Source of the DNA: Acaryochloris thomasi RCC1774
Lineage (GTDB): Bacteria > Cyanobacteriota > Cyanobacteriia > Thermosynechococcales > Thermosynechococcaceae
Direction of reading: 5' to 3'
Assembly: GCF_003231495.1 (NCBI RefSeq)
Contig: NZ_PQWO01000030.1
Location: 1 to 32,000, forward strand
Length of the DNA: 32,000 nt
Position numbers and translations under genes: made by a program. Shown piece after piece: positions 24,435 through 32,000 of this stretch; the stretch's first letter is position 1; each line of letters begins with the position of its first letter. Below the pieces are notes generated by a model that saw only the letters and a list, made by a program, of their open reading frames with translations, did no database searches and was not told where the DNA came from.

Positions 24435-25418
24435 GTGAATATACTGCACCTAAAACGCTATCGAAAGTCAGCCTCAAGACGAGTAAAGTCTTGGCTGAGG
24501 ATGGGACGACATCTGCAGGATCCCGTCCGAACATCGTCCTCTGCGTTTCAGATAGATCTGGCGCTCGTCCATAGCTTGCTAGAAGGGCAGCACCCCGATC
24601 TTGCCCACTTGCAGATTTGTCACCTTGGTACAGGCTGGCATAACACGATGTTTCGTTTAGGAGATCAGTTGCTCCTCAGGCTTCCCCGCCGCACAACGGC
24701 AGGTCCTCTGATTGAAAACGAGCAAATCTGGCTGCCACAGCTTGCGGATCGGCTACCTATTAATGTTCCCACTGCTGTTCGGGTTGGTGAACCGACACAA
24801 CGCTATCCTTGGCGCTGGAGCATACTTCCGTGGCTAACGGGGACAACGGCGGAACAAGTAAACCTGCGTACGAGCCAGGTGCAGCACTTCACCTCGTTCC
24901 TGAAAGCACTCCATGTTCCGGCACCTGCCAATGCCCCCCAGAATCCGGTGCGTGGCGTTCCTTTAAAGCAGCGATCTGCTGTATTTGAAAAACGATTCCT
25001 GCGGGTAGAGGAGCAAACAAACCTGATTACCCGGCAGATCAAAAATATTTGGCATAGAGCTATCGAGGCACCGATGGACGGGGAACCACGATGGCTCCAT
25101 GGTGATCTTCATCCTCTCAATGTCGTCGTTAATGATGGTGCGATCTCAGGCATCATTGATTGGGGGCACATTACCTCAGGGGATATTGCGACTGACTTGG
25201 CTTCTATCTGGATGCTCTTTGCTCAGCAAAATCATCGCCAGCAGGTGATCGAAAGCTATGGCAATCTTTCGGATGCAACCCTGCAGCGTGCTCAAGGATG
25301 GGCCATTCTATTTGGTGTGGGGCTTGTGGAATCAGGACTAGTTGCTAATTCAAGCCACGCTAGTATTGGAGCTGCTACTCTGCAGCGTGTTGCTGAGGAT
25401 AGCTTAGCTCTACGGTAG
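24435..25418 (+). CDS. aminoglycoside-phosphotransferase-fold (APH/choline-kinase-like) kinase family protein
   Basis: 327 aa. GTG 24435 has GGAG 8 nt upstream, and ATG 24501 is an alternative start. Motifs are GTGWHNTMFRLGDQLLLRLPRR, YPWRWSILPWLTG, the catalytic loop WLHGDLHPLNVVV and the Mg-binding GIIDWG. Confidence 0.8.
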   Translation: MNILHLKRYRKSASRRVKSWLRMGRHLQDPVRTSSSAFQIDLALVHSLLEGQHPDLAHLQICHLGTGWHNTMFRLGDQLLLRLPRRTTAGPLIENEQIWLPQLADRLPINVPTAVRVGEPTQRYPWRWSILPWLTGTTAEQVNLRTSQVQHFTSFLKALHVPAPANAPQNPVRGVPLKQRSAVFEKRFLRVEEQTNLITRQIKNIWHRAIEAPMDGEPRWLHGDLHPLNVVVNDGAISGIIDWGHITSGDIATDLASIWMLFAQQNHRQQVIESYGNLSDATLQRAQGWAILFGVGLVESGLVANSSHASIGAATLQRVAEDSLALR

Positions 25419-25488
25419 ACAGTGATCTCTTCTGCCCTTTGCGATCGCACTTAGCTGCTACAGACGCACTGTCTGGTAGCCTGATTCT

Positions 25489-27027
25489 TCAACGGACGCT
25501 GACGAACCGATCCTTTGCGATCGCACGTAGCTGCTGCAGATGCTCTCGCCGCGAAACCGACAGCGGAATCGTACTATCAATTTCTTGAATCATCAGCTCT
25601 GTATTTAACGGCTGGCGAAGGTAGAGCGCCCGATATAGGGCCGCAATTACCACCTGTTCAATCTCAGCGCCACTAAAGCCTTCTGTTTCCTTGAGTAGTG
25701 CCGCCATATCAAACTGACTCGGATCCTGCTTACGCAGCAATAGATGAATATTAATGATATTGGTGCGCTCTTTTACATCGGGCAAATCAACGTAGAAAAT
25801 CTCATCAAAGCGCCCCTTGCGCAGCATCTCTGGTGGAATGCGAGAAATATCGTTGGCCGTTGCGACGACAAAGACCTGCTGCGATTTCTCCTGCATCCAA
25901 GTTAAAAACGAGCCAAACATCCGGCGACTGAGACCCCCGTCCTGATCACCATTGTCGGCCCCTAGGCTTTTCTCAATTTCATCAATCCACAGGACCGACG
26001 GTGCCATCGACTCCGCCAGCTTAATCGCCTGTCGAAAATTCTTTTCTGACTCCCCGACGTACTTGTCATAGAGCCGTCCGGCATCGAGCTTTAGCAGCGG
26101 CATCTTCCACTGCTGGGCAATGGCCTTTGCCGCCAGAGATTTACCACAGCCTTGAATGCCTACGATCAAAATGCCCTTGGGTGGCTGCAGGTTGAGAGCC
26201 TTAGCCTCTGCAGTGAATCCCACTTCGGCTCTCGCCAGCCACTGCTTGAGTCCCGAAAATCCTCCTAGCTCCGCTCGATTTTCTTGGAGCGGAAAATACT
26301 CCAGCACTCCCCCTTCACGGATAATCTGGGCCTTACGATGGACAATCCGATCCACGTCGCAGGCCGTGAGCTTGCCGTCATCTAAGGCGGCATAGGCTAA
26401 TACCTGACGCGCCTGCTTGATGGTCATGCCGCTCAGGGCCTGCACCAATCGCTCACCATCTTCCTGCTGTAGATCGATCTGCGTTCGGTGCTTTTGGCGC
26501 AGAACGCGCACCATATCCTTGACGGTGTAGGCAAACTCATCTCGCCCCGGCAGCTTCAGATCAAAATACACCGCGTCGTGGGCGACTTCCTTGGGGAGTT
26601 GAACATCGTTCCCGGTCAAAATGAGCGCCGAGCGATTTTGAGAAAAAAGCTGCGCCACTTCTCGCAGATGGCGAACGACTACTGGATCATCAAGATGTTT
26701 TGTAAAATCCTTAAGCCAGAAAAGGGCCTTAATGGTCATATCTTGCAGATGCTGCAGGACTGCTAACGCTTCGGCTGTATTGCCAATGGTGGTGGGTTTG
26801 ATGGTTCCCGGTGGCGCATATTCGTTGACCCAAGGGGCATCCATTGTTCCTGGAGAGCGAATTAAACCCTGGGCGGCGCTCCATTCAAACAAAGGCATTG
26901 ACATATCTTGAGTTACCTTCTTCAGCAGCCCCTGCACGCGCTCCTCTTCTACCGTCTCAATCACAATGATGGGGTGAAAGGACAGGATCAGCGTTTGTAG
27001 ATTGCGAATGGTGACCGATATCGGCAT
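25489..27027 (-). CDS. AAA+ ATPase, Ycf46-like family
   Basis: 512 aa. Walker A is [16 protein letters not shown]. It also has [23 protein letters not shown], Walker [42 protein letters not shown] and GFSGAEIEQ. The N-terminal [14 protein letters not shown] block resembles the plastid/cyanobacterial Ycf46 N-domain, from memory of that family. Confidence 0.85.
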   Translation of the reverse strand: MPISVTIRNLQTLILSFHPIIVIETVEEERVQGLLKKVTQDMSMPLFEWSAAQGLIRSPGTMDAPWVNEYAPPGTIKPTTIGNTAEALAVLQHLQDMTIKALFWLKDFTKHLDDPVVVRHLREVAQLFSQNRSALILTGNDVQLPKEVAHDAVYFDLKLPGRDEFAYTVKDMVRVLRQKHRTQIDLQQEDGERLVQALSGMTIKQARQVLAYAALDDGKLTACDVDRIVHRKAQIIREGGVLEYFPLQENRAELGGFSGLKQWLARAEVGFTAEAKALNLQPPKGILIVGIQGCGKSLAAKAIAQQWKMPLLKLDAGRLYDKYVGESEKNFRQAIKLAESMAPSVLWIDEIEKSLGADNGDQDGGLSRRMFGSFLTWMQEKSQQVFVVATANDISRIPPEMLRKGRFDEIFYVDLPDVKERTNIINIHLLLRKQDPSQFDMAALLKETEGFSGAEIEQVVIAALYRALYLRQPLNTELMIQEIDSTIPLSVSRREHLQQLRAIAKDRFVSVR

Positions 27028-27149
27028 AGCAGCATTTTGAAGACATCTCTTTCCTCCAAGATGCCCGATTATCTCAGAGATAGATCGAAAAAGTTGGGGA
27101 GGGGGGTTTCATTTTCCCGGGCTTTGGGGGCAAAATTAAAACAGAAAAT

Positions 27150-27413
27150 ATGGAGACAGCAGGTATGGCCGCATCACTCGAAGGTCTAACGGAGTCCCTA
27201 GAAGCGTTGTATCCTCACCTGGCCCGTTGGATTCTGGAGCAGGAGGGGACAATCGAGCTGGGTTGCGACGAAGACAACCCCAGTGATTCTATGGTGCGGG
27301 TGTTTGACAACAGCGGTCTCCTTTGGGAGAGCCAGGACGCCTATGAGTCATTAGATGACTTGTTCGATGATCTGGAGTCTGTACTCGAAGACGAATTTGA
27401 AGATGTTGAATAG
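27150..27413 (+). CDS. small highly acidic hypothetical protein (87 aa)
   Basis: Track ORF, divergent from the AAA+ gene with a 122-bp spacer. The sequence LARWILEQEGTIELGCDEDNPSDSMVRVFDNSGLLWESQDAYESLDDLFDDLESVLEDEFEDVE is protein-like. No family was recognised. Confidence 0.55.
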   Translation: METAGMAASLEGLTESLEALYPHLARWILEQEGTIELGCDEDNPSDSMVRVFDNSGLLWESQDAYESLDDLFDDLESVLEDEFEDVE

Positions 27414-27551
27414 TCTTCAGAAAAGATCTCTGACAATCCAGGATCGTTCTGTTTTTGATCTTCCTAGCAGAGGTGGCTGGGAAGACCATGCATTTCGTTT
27501 ATATAAACGGCAGCAGCTGTATCGTTTTGTGACTGGTTGCTGCAAAGAGGG

Positions 27552-28262
27552 TTAGGGCCATCCTATATTGTTCTTTTCTCGGCGTTCAGCAACGACTCGT
27601 TCTGGAAAATTGGTAAATAGACCCTCAACGCCTAACGCTTTCATCCGATGGATCTGCTGGGGGTGATTAACGGTATAGGCAAAAATTTTTAGCCCTTGTG
27701 CGTAGGCTTCATCGACCCACTGCCGATCGATTTTCTTTGCTGCAGGATGGATCGCATAGGCTCCTAGATGGGTTGCGAATCTGCTTCCTTCCTGCAGCGG
27801 TTCTCTGGTGAGGACGCCAATCTGTAGGTCAGGGTCCAGCCGTTTAACCTTGACGAGTGCCTGGTGGTCGAAGGATGAAACTAAAAAGAGCTTTTTACTC
27901 CATCCCTGTTTGACTTGGGCGGTAATGAATTCGACAACGGGGACTGCGGTTCCCGGCCCCTTGAGTTCAACGTTGAGTCCAGCGCGGTTCTGGATTGTTT
28001 GGCAGGCTTCGGTCAGCGTGGGAATCTGTTCGCCATTGCCTGCATCCAATGTTCGTAAATAGTCAAAGGTGTGGTCCCAAATAAAGCCAGAACCGTTAGT
28101 CGTCCGCTCTAAGCGCTGATCATGGAACACCATCAGGTGGCCCTCAACGATGTATACGTCAACCTCAATGCAGTCGGCTCCTAGTTCTAAGGCTTTTTGG
28201 ATGGATGCGATCGTGTTCTCCGGGGCGTGTCCCATCGCCCCTCGATGTCCTATGCAGAGCAT
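27552..28262 (-). CDS. glycerophosphodiester phosphodiesterase (GDPD family)
   Basis: 236 aa. It has the N-terminal GHRGAMGHAPENTIASIQKALELGADCIEVDV and later NVELKG and AYTVN blocks, which are characteristic of UgpQ/GlpQ-type GDPD. Confidence 0.9.
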   Translation of the reverse strand: MLCIGHRGAMGHAPENTIASIQKALELGADCIEVDVYIVEGHLMVFHDQRLERTTNGSGFIWDHTFDYLRTLDAGNGEQIPTLTEACQTIQNRAGLNVELKGPGTAVPVVEFITAQVKQGWSKKLFLVSSFDHQALVKVKRLDPDLQIGVLTREPLQEGSRFATHLGAYAIHPAAKKIDRQWVDEAYAQGLKIFAYTVNHPQQIHRMKALGVEGLFTNFPERVVAERREKNNIGWP

Positions 28263-28372
28263 ATTCGCTCTCCCTGCTGTCTCCCCCCTCGCCTAAGGTT
28301 GGGAGAGGGGCTGGGGGTGAGGGCCATATGAGTCATTCGCCACTGCGTGATCTTTAGTTCAACTACGCCTAT

Positions 28373-28786
28373 CTACTTAGAAGCGTTCGAAATAACGCTC
28401 TTATCTTCATCTTCCTGTTTTTCCTCAGGATTTAGCAAATTACCGGCCCAGTCATAGAACTCCCCTGCGGTCCAGCCGTGGATGCTGCTGCTGTAGACGT
28501 TGTACCAGGTGAAGCCACCTGACTTGAAACCATTTCTTTTGTTTTCGATCACGACCATACATTGGCCTTTCTGAATCCGTCCTAAGACTTTCCGTTTTTC
28601 TGGAGGATTGGCTTGCAAGGTCTTGAGCGGATCGGTATTGGGTTCAATCTTGACGCCTGCTCGGATTTCAACGGCACTGTTGCGGGGGCAAATGTAATCC
28701 CCTGTCTTGAAGGGTAGCGCAAAGGCTGGGGAGGGCAAAAGAGCGACTAGAAGTGAGAGGAGAACCGTTCTGCTGTTCATCATCAA
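28373..28786 (-). CDS. secreted SH3b-like domain protein
   Basis: 137 aa. It has a signal peptide MMMNSRTVLLSLLVALLPSPAFA. The pattern RAG...VLGRIQKGQCMVVIE...GGFTWYNVYSSSIHGWTAGEF resembles bacterial SH3 domains. The C-terminal tail is acidic. Confidence 0.55.
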   Translation of the reverse strand: MMMNSRTVLLSLLVALLPSPAFALPFKTGDYICPRNSAVEIRAGVKIEPNTDPLKTLQANPPEKRKVLGRIQKGQCMVVIENKRNGFKSGGFTWYNVYSSSIHGWTAGEFYDWAGNLLNPEEKQEDEDKSVISNASK

Positions 28787-28900
28787 GAACCTTTGAAAGT
28801 TGGAATGCTAAGGGGAAAATTAGCAACGCATTTTCCTTATAATTGGCCTTTCTTAGAAGAAATACAACATGCTACTGTTCTCATCTCGCATCTGGCGGCT

Positions 28901-29944
28901 ATGACGTTGAATATACCTTTACCGGTCTGGGAGGCAGCCGTGTTCTTGGCCCTAGCCGTTGCCGTTTGGCAGGTGCCTAAATGGCAAACAAAAACCTTTA
29001 CTGAAGAACTAGAGCCTAAGGACCGCGCCAATCTTGAAGATGCTAATCGCCGGACGTTTATTCAGTTTCTGGGGGGCCTGTTTTTCTTTGTCACGGCCTA
29101 TCTCTCTTGGCGCAACCTACAAACAGCAGAAGATAAAGAGGTTAACGATCGCTTCAGTAAAGCCGTTGAACTGCTGGGGGATGATCGTTTAGAAGTCCGG
29201 CTTGGAGGGATTTATCTGCTAGAGCGGATTGCCAAAGATTCCGCCCGAGATCACTGGACCGTGATGGAGGTTTTAACTTCCTATATTCGCGAGAAGTCGC
29301 CAGTGACTGCGCGATCAGAAATACTGAAAACCGATATCCAGGCTGCCCTGACGGTGATTGGTCGCCGGAATGTGAACAATGACTCACGGACTAAGCGGCT
29401 CGATTTGCGGGACGTGAATTTGATCGGGGCTGATTTGTCTGAAGCTAATTTTGATAGTGCAAACTTGAGTGGCTCCGAGCTTAGCGATGCCACCTTGGAG
29501 CGCGTCACGTTGAGAGGAGCTAACCTGAACCAAGTTCGGCTGGCAGATTCTAACTTTGTAGGCTCAATACTTAATGAGGCCGATTTAAATGGGGCTATTT
29601 TGAGGGGGGCTAACTTTGCCCAAGCGAGTCTGATTGGGGCCGTGTTGCTGCAGGCAAACTTGAGGGAAGCCTCTTTTGATAAGGCCAGCCTAGGCAAGGC
29701 TAATCTAATCGAAGCTCAGCTTCAGCAGGCTTCTTTTGTTGGGGCGAATCTGGGAGCTGCGAATTTGATCGGGGCTGATTTTACCGATACGTCTCTGATT
29801 AAAGCTAATTTGGCCCGTTCAGACCTGCGATCTGCCACGAATCTATTACCGGAACAGATTCAGATGGCGAGTCAATGGGAGGCGGCTGTCTATGATGTGG
29901 AGCTTCAAGAGCAGCTGGGGCTAAATGTGATGTCTGATCCTTAG
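28901..29944 (+). CDS. membrane-anchored pentapeptide-repeat protein
   Basis: The track ORF starts at TTG 28793. ATG 28901 gives two N-terminal TM helices (VWEAAVFLALAVAVW and FLGGLFFFVTAYL), then RLGGIYLLERIAKDS, then about 35 A(D/N)LxX pentapeptides (ADLSEANFDSANLSGSELSDATLERVTLRGANLNQ...). Confidence 0.85.
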   Translation: MTLNIPLPVWEAAVFLALAVAVWQVPKWQTKTFTEELEPKDRANLEDANRRTFIQFLGGLFFFVTAYLSWRNLQTAEDKEVNDRFSKAVELLGDDRLEVRLGGIYLLERIAKDSARDHWTVMEVLTSYIREKSPVTARSEILKTDIQAALTVIGRRNVNNDSRTKRLDLRDVNLIGADLSEANFDSANLSGSELSDATLERVTLRGANLNQVRLADSNFVGSILNEADLNGAILRGANFAQASLIGAVLLQANLREASFDKASLGKANLIEAQLQQASFVGANLGAANLIGADFTDTSLIKANLARSDLRSATNLLPEQIQMASQWEAAVYDVELQEQLGLNVMSDP

Positions 29945-30351
29945 CTGTTATGTTTGCAAAGCAATGAAGAAGCCTCTCGCTGGGGGGCAACGGGAGGCTG
30001 TCTAGGGGGGTGTTTTTGCAATGACTTCACTGTAGGTGATTGATTTCGCCTCTACAGTGATCTGTATCTATACCCCCTGTGAGATCTTTCTGCGCAAGCG
30101 GTGATACTTGTCACGTCGCGAATTGCGACACAGCCTTATTTTGACCCACCGCCAAATGCTTCTATTGCTATTGGAAGGTCTAAACAGCCAAGCAGAAACT
30201 GGAATCACCTTTGCGTTGACGCTATTGATTAATGCTAAAAACTCCAGTCCCACGCCGGAACAGCAACAGCGAGATGGCAGAAACCCAGCCAATCATGATC
30301 AGAGATAAAAACGTTCGTAAGCACTGGCTGGGACGGGTCTTACAGCAAGCA

Positions 30352-31239
30352 TCAGGAAGACTGCAGCGTAAAAATTGTCGCTTCCGGGGGACAGAATATC
30401 CGCAGCGGAACGATACTCATACCGATACCGACGTTGACGTATAGGTTGTTGCCGGGTTTGCCATACCCTTTGGCCCAACCGTCCGCAAACACTTTGTCTC
30501 CTTGGGTAAACTTTAGCCACGACCACTGAGGCGAACCGGGAAGACGCATCTGGCCACCGTGGGTGTGGCCTGCCACTGCCAGAGGCGCTGCGTTGGCCGG
30601 AAACAGCTCAAACGTATCTGGGTTATGCATCAGAGCTACGGTAGGGCGATTGGCGGGTATTCCCTTCAGGGCCGTGTTGACATCATCCTGGTTCGCCCAC
30701 AGCGAATCAACGGCTGCTAGGTACACCGTTTCATTGCTGTTGGGCAGCCGCATCTCGATGGACTCGTTTTCGAGGACCACAATACCGGCTGCTTCTAGCT
30801 CTGTTTCTAAGCTGCCCGCTAGCTTTTCTCCAGGTTTAGCTTTCTTGCTGCTCATCCCGTAGTCGTGATTCCCTAGCACTGCGTAGGTGGGAATGCCTGC
30901 TTCAACAAGGGGTCGCACAATGCTAACGGCTTCTTCGATCTCGGTGGCGGGGTTGGGGTCCGCGTGGTAAATGAAGTCCCCGCTAATTAGGACTGCTGCT
31001 GGCTGAGCATCTATCATTTCCTGAACGCTGCGATGGGCAGTGCCGGGATTACCGGCCCACATCCCGATCTGGAAGTCTGAAAGCTGTCCGATCTTTTGCC
31101 CATTCCACGCTTCTGGCAGGTCAGGGATAATGGCTACTTCTTCTTCAACAAAGAGCAGGCGGGGTTCGATAAGGCCCCACACTAGCAGTAGGCCCAGGAG
31201 TCCTAGTCCCCCGAGCAGAAACCATTTTAAGTTCTTCAT
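30352..31239 (-). CDS. membrane-anchored metallophosphoesterase (calcineurin-like, YkuE-type)
   Basis: 295 aa with an N-terminal TM (WFLLGGLGLLGLLLVWGLI). Motifs are ISGDFIYH, LGNHDYG and AGHTHGGQ. Its ATG overlaps the upstream stop (ATGA at 31236-31239). Confidence 0.85.
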   Translation of the reverse strand: MKNLKWFLLGGLGLLGLLLVWGLIEPRLLFVEEEVAIIPDLPEAWNGQKIGQLSDFQIGMWAGNPGTAHRSVQEMIDAQPAAVLISGDFIYHADPNPATEIEEAVSIVRPLVEAGIPTYAVLGNHDYGMSSKKAKPGEKLAGSLETELEAAGIVVLENESIEMRLPNSNETVYLAAVDSLWANQDDVNTALKGIPANRPTVALMHNPDTFELFPANAAPLAVAGHTHGGQMRLPGSPQWSWLKFTQGDKVFADGWAKGYGKPGNNLYVNVGIGMSIVPLRIFCPPEATIFTLQSS

Positions 31240-31964
31240 TGAGCTTTGGGGTAGAGGGAATCAGCGACAAAAACGGGCTTGTCAGAATATTCAGCCTCTA
31301 GTTTCTTTTTGACATCTAAATCCCAAGTGAGATCATAGTCCCGCTCAAAGTCAGCGAGGACAAACTTACGAAGCTGTCCAGTGACCGTAACGGTTTCACC
31401 ATCAAGGGCTTCGGTAATCGGCGTATTGATCACCAGCAGATCTGTGGCGCCAAAGAGCTGCTCTTCATCTAACGTGAATGAAGTGGGATCGAGTACATCT
31501 TCGACTTCGCCCTCAACTGCGATCGCAAGATCGTAAAACTTCTCTGGATTTTGCGTAATCTCGCCGGGGTCAGGAGCCAGTGCCAGGGAGTTCGCTAACA
31601 GAGCAGGCTTTGTCTCATACTCAGCGTAGACTTCTGGATCGAGACCTAGATTATAGTCCCGCTCAAGATCAACCAGCACAAAGTTTTGAACCTCTCCAGT
31701 GGCCTGGATTGCATAGTCGTCCTCTTCAGGTAGTAGAAAGGGCTTACCTGAGGTGTTAATCACTAGGATTTCTTCACCGTCATTGTCCAGCGTGAACGAA
31801 TTCTCACCCACCTGCTTTTCGATTTCACTTCTAACGGTGACAGCTTGCCCCTCCACCTTTTCTGTCTGCTCAGCTACCTCTTCGGTCGTGACGTTACTGT
31901 CGGCATTGGGGGCTTCATCTGCCGTCTCACAGGCCGTTATCAACGTTGTAAACAGCAGCAGCAC
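31236..31964 (-). CDS. acidic putative lipoprotein with two tandem ~100-aa homologous domains; function unknown
   Basis: Lipobox-like LITAC lies near the N-terminus. Domain 1 is ...SFTLDNDGEEILVINTSG...IQATGEVQNFVLVDLERDYNLGLDPEVYAEYETKPALLANSL. Domain 2 is ...SFTLDEEQLFGATDLLVINTP...VTVTGQLRKFVLADFERDYDLTWDLDVKKKLEAEYSDKPVFVADSL. The reading frame stays open to the window edge, so the true start may lie beyond 32000. Confidence 0.6.
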   Translation of the reverse strand: MLLLFTTLITACETADEAPNADSNVTTEEVAEQTEKVEGQAVTVRSEIEKQVGENSFTLDNDGEEILVINTSGKPFLLPEEDDYAIQATGEVQNFVLVDLERDYNLGLDPEVYAEYETKPALLANSLALAPDPGEITQNPEKFYDLAIAVEGEVEDVLDPTSFTLDEEQLFGATDLLVINTPITEALDGETVTVTGQLRKFVLADFERDYDLTWDLDVKKKLEAEYSDKPVFVADSLYPKAQ

Positions 31965-32000
31965 TATTGCAAGGCCGCTTTTGCCAACCGATGGGTAGCG

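Noticed and set aside
24349-24574. ORFs 24349..24534 (-) and 24353..24574 (+) at the edge of the AT-rich island
   Set aside because: They overlap each other and the 5' end of the APH-fold gene. Both are AT-rich and low-complexity with no support.
28263-28325. C-tract/G-tract motif ctcccccctcgcctaaggttgggagaggggctgggggtgaggg between the SH3-like gene and the GDPD gene
   Set aside because: It resembles G/C-tract intergenic repeats seen in cyanobacteria. The two arms pair only imperfectly (about 6 bp), and I see no second copy in this window. That is not enough to call a repeat element or a terminator.
29945-30351. ORFs 30068..30292 (-), 30108..30308 (+) and 30232..30444 (+), plus hairpins (AGCCTCTCG...CGGGAGGCT near 29971-29999; CACTGTAG...CTACAGTG near 30029-30059), in the convergent spacer
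   Set aside because: The ORFs overlap one another and have no motif or RBS support. The hairpins may be terminators for the convergent genes, but they lack adjacent T-runs, so I did not call them.
1-32000. Search for tRNA, rRNA, tmRNA, RNase P RNA or CRISPR repeats
   Set aside because: I found no T-loop/acceptor-type signatures, rRNA-like conserved blocks or short direct repeats with unique spacers by eye. A covariance-model scan would be needed to exclude small RNAs.

Overview
This window looks like a cyanobacterial chromosome segment. By eye I counted at least 11 perfect HIP1 octamers (GCGATCGC). It also carries typical cyanobacterial genes: a cyAbrB-type regulator, a Ycf46-like AAA+ ATPase, Dps, an ABC1 kinase and TPR-CHAT proteins. 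I can support about 25 protein genes, and I saw no rRNA, tRNA or CRISPR array. Most genes are ordinary: VOC/glyoxalase, DUF92 membrane protein, ArsR, SirB1-like, acyltransferase, PBP4, Dps, ABC1 kinase, alpha/beta hydrolase, APH-fold kinase, GDPD, pentapeptide-repeat protein and metallophosphoesterase.

The parts worth a second look are:
1. A roughly 7 kb low-GC block (about 6.1-13.3 kb) holds a 968-aa FG-GAP/RTX protein next to a TPR-CHAT caspase-like protease with a signal-peptide-like N-terminus. An IS6-like transposase remnant closes its right edge, and a weaker possible coding remnant lies at its left edge.
2. A second TPR-CHAT paralog has host-like composition and is paired divergently with a Q-rich coiled-coil protein built from 42-bp tandem repeats.
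3. Two tandem paralogous micro-ORFs (57 and 58 aa) fall below the ORF-track cutoff.
4. Several gene relics are present: a cysE-like acetyltransferase, an IS6-like transposase and a DUF4277 transposase stub.
5. An AT-rich intergenic island carries a Fur-box-like palindrome.
6. A 19-bp-stem hairpin sits in an ORF-poor kilobase.

All functional calls rest on motif recognition by eye. No database search or computation was possible, so the system-level ideas are hypotheses.
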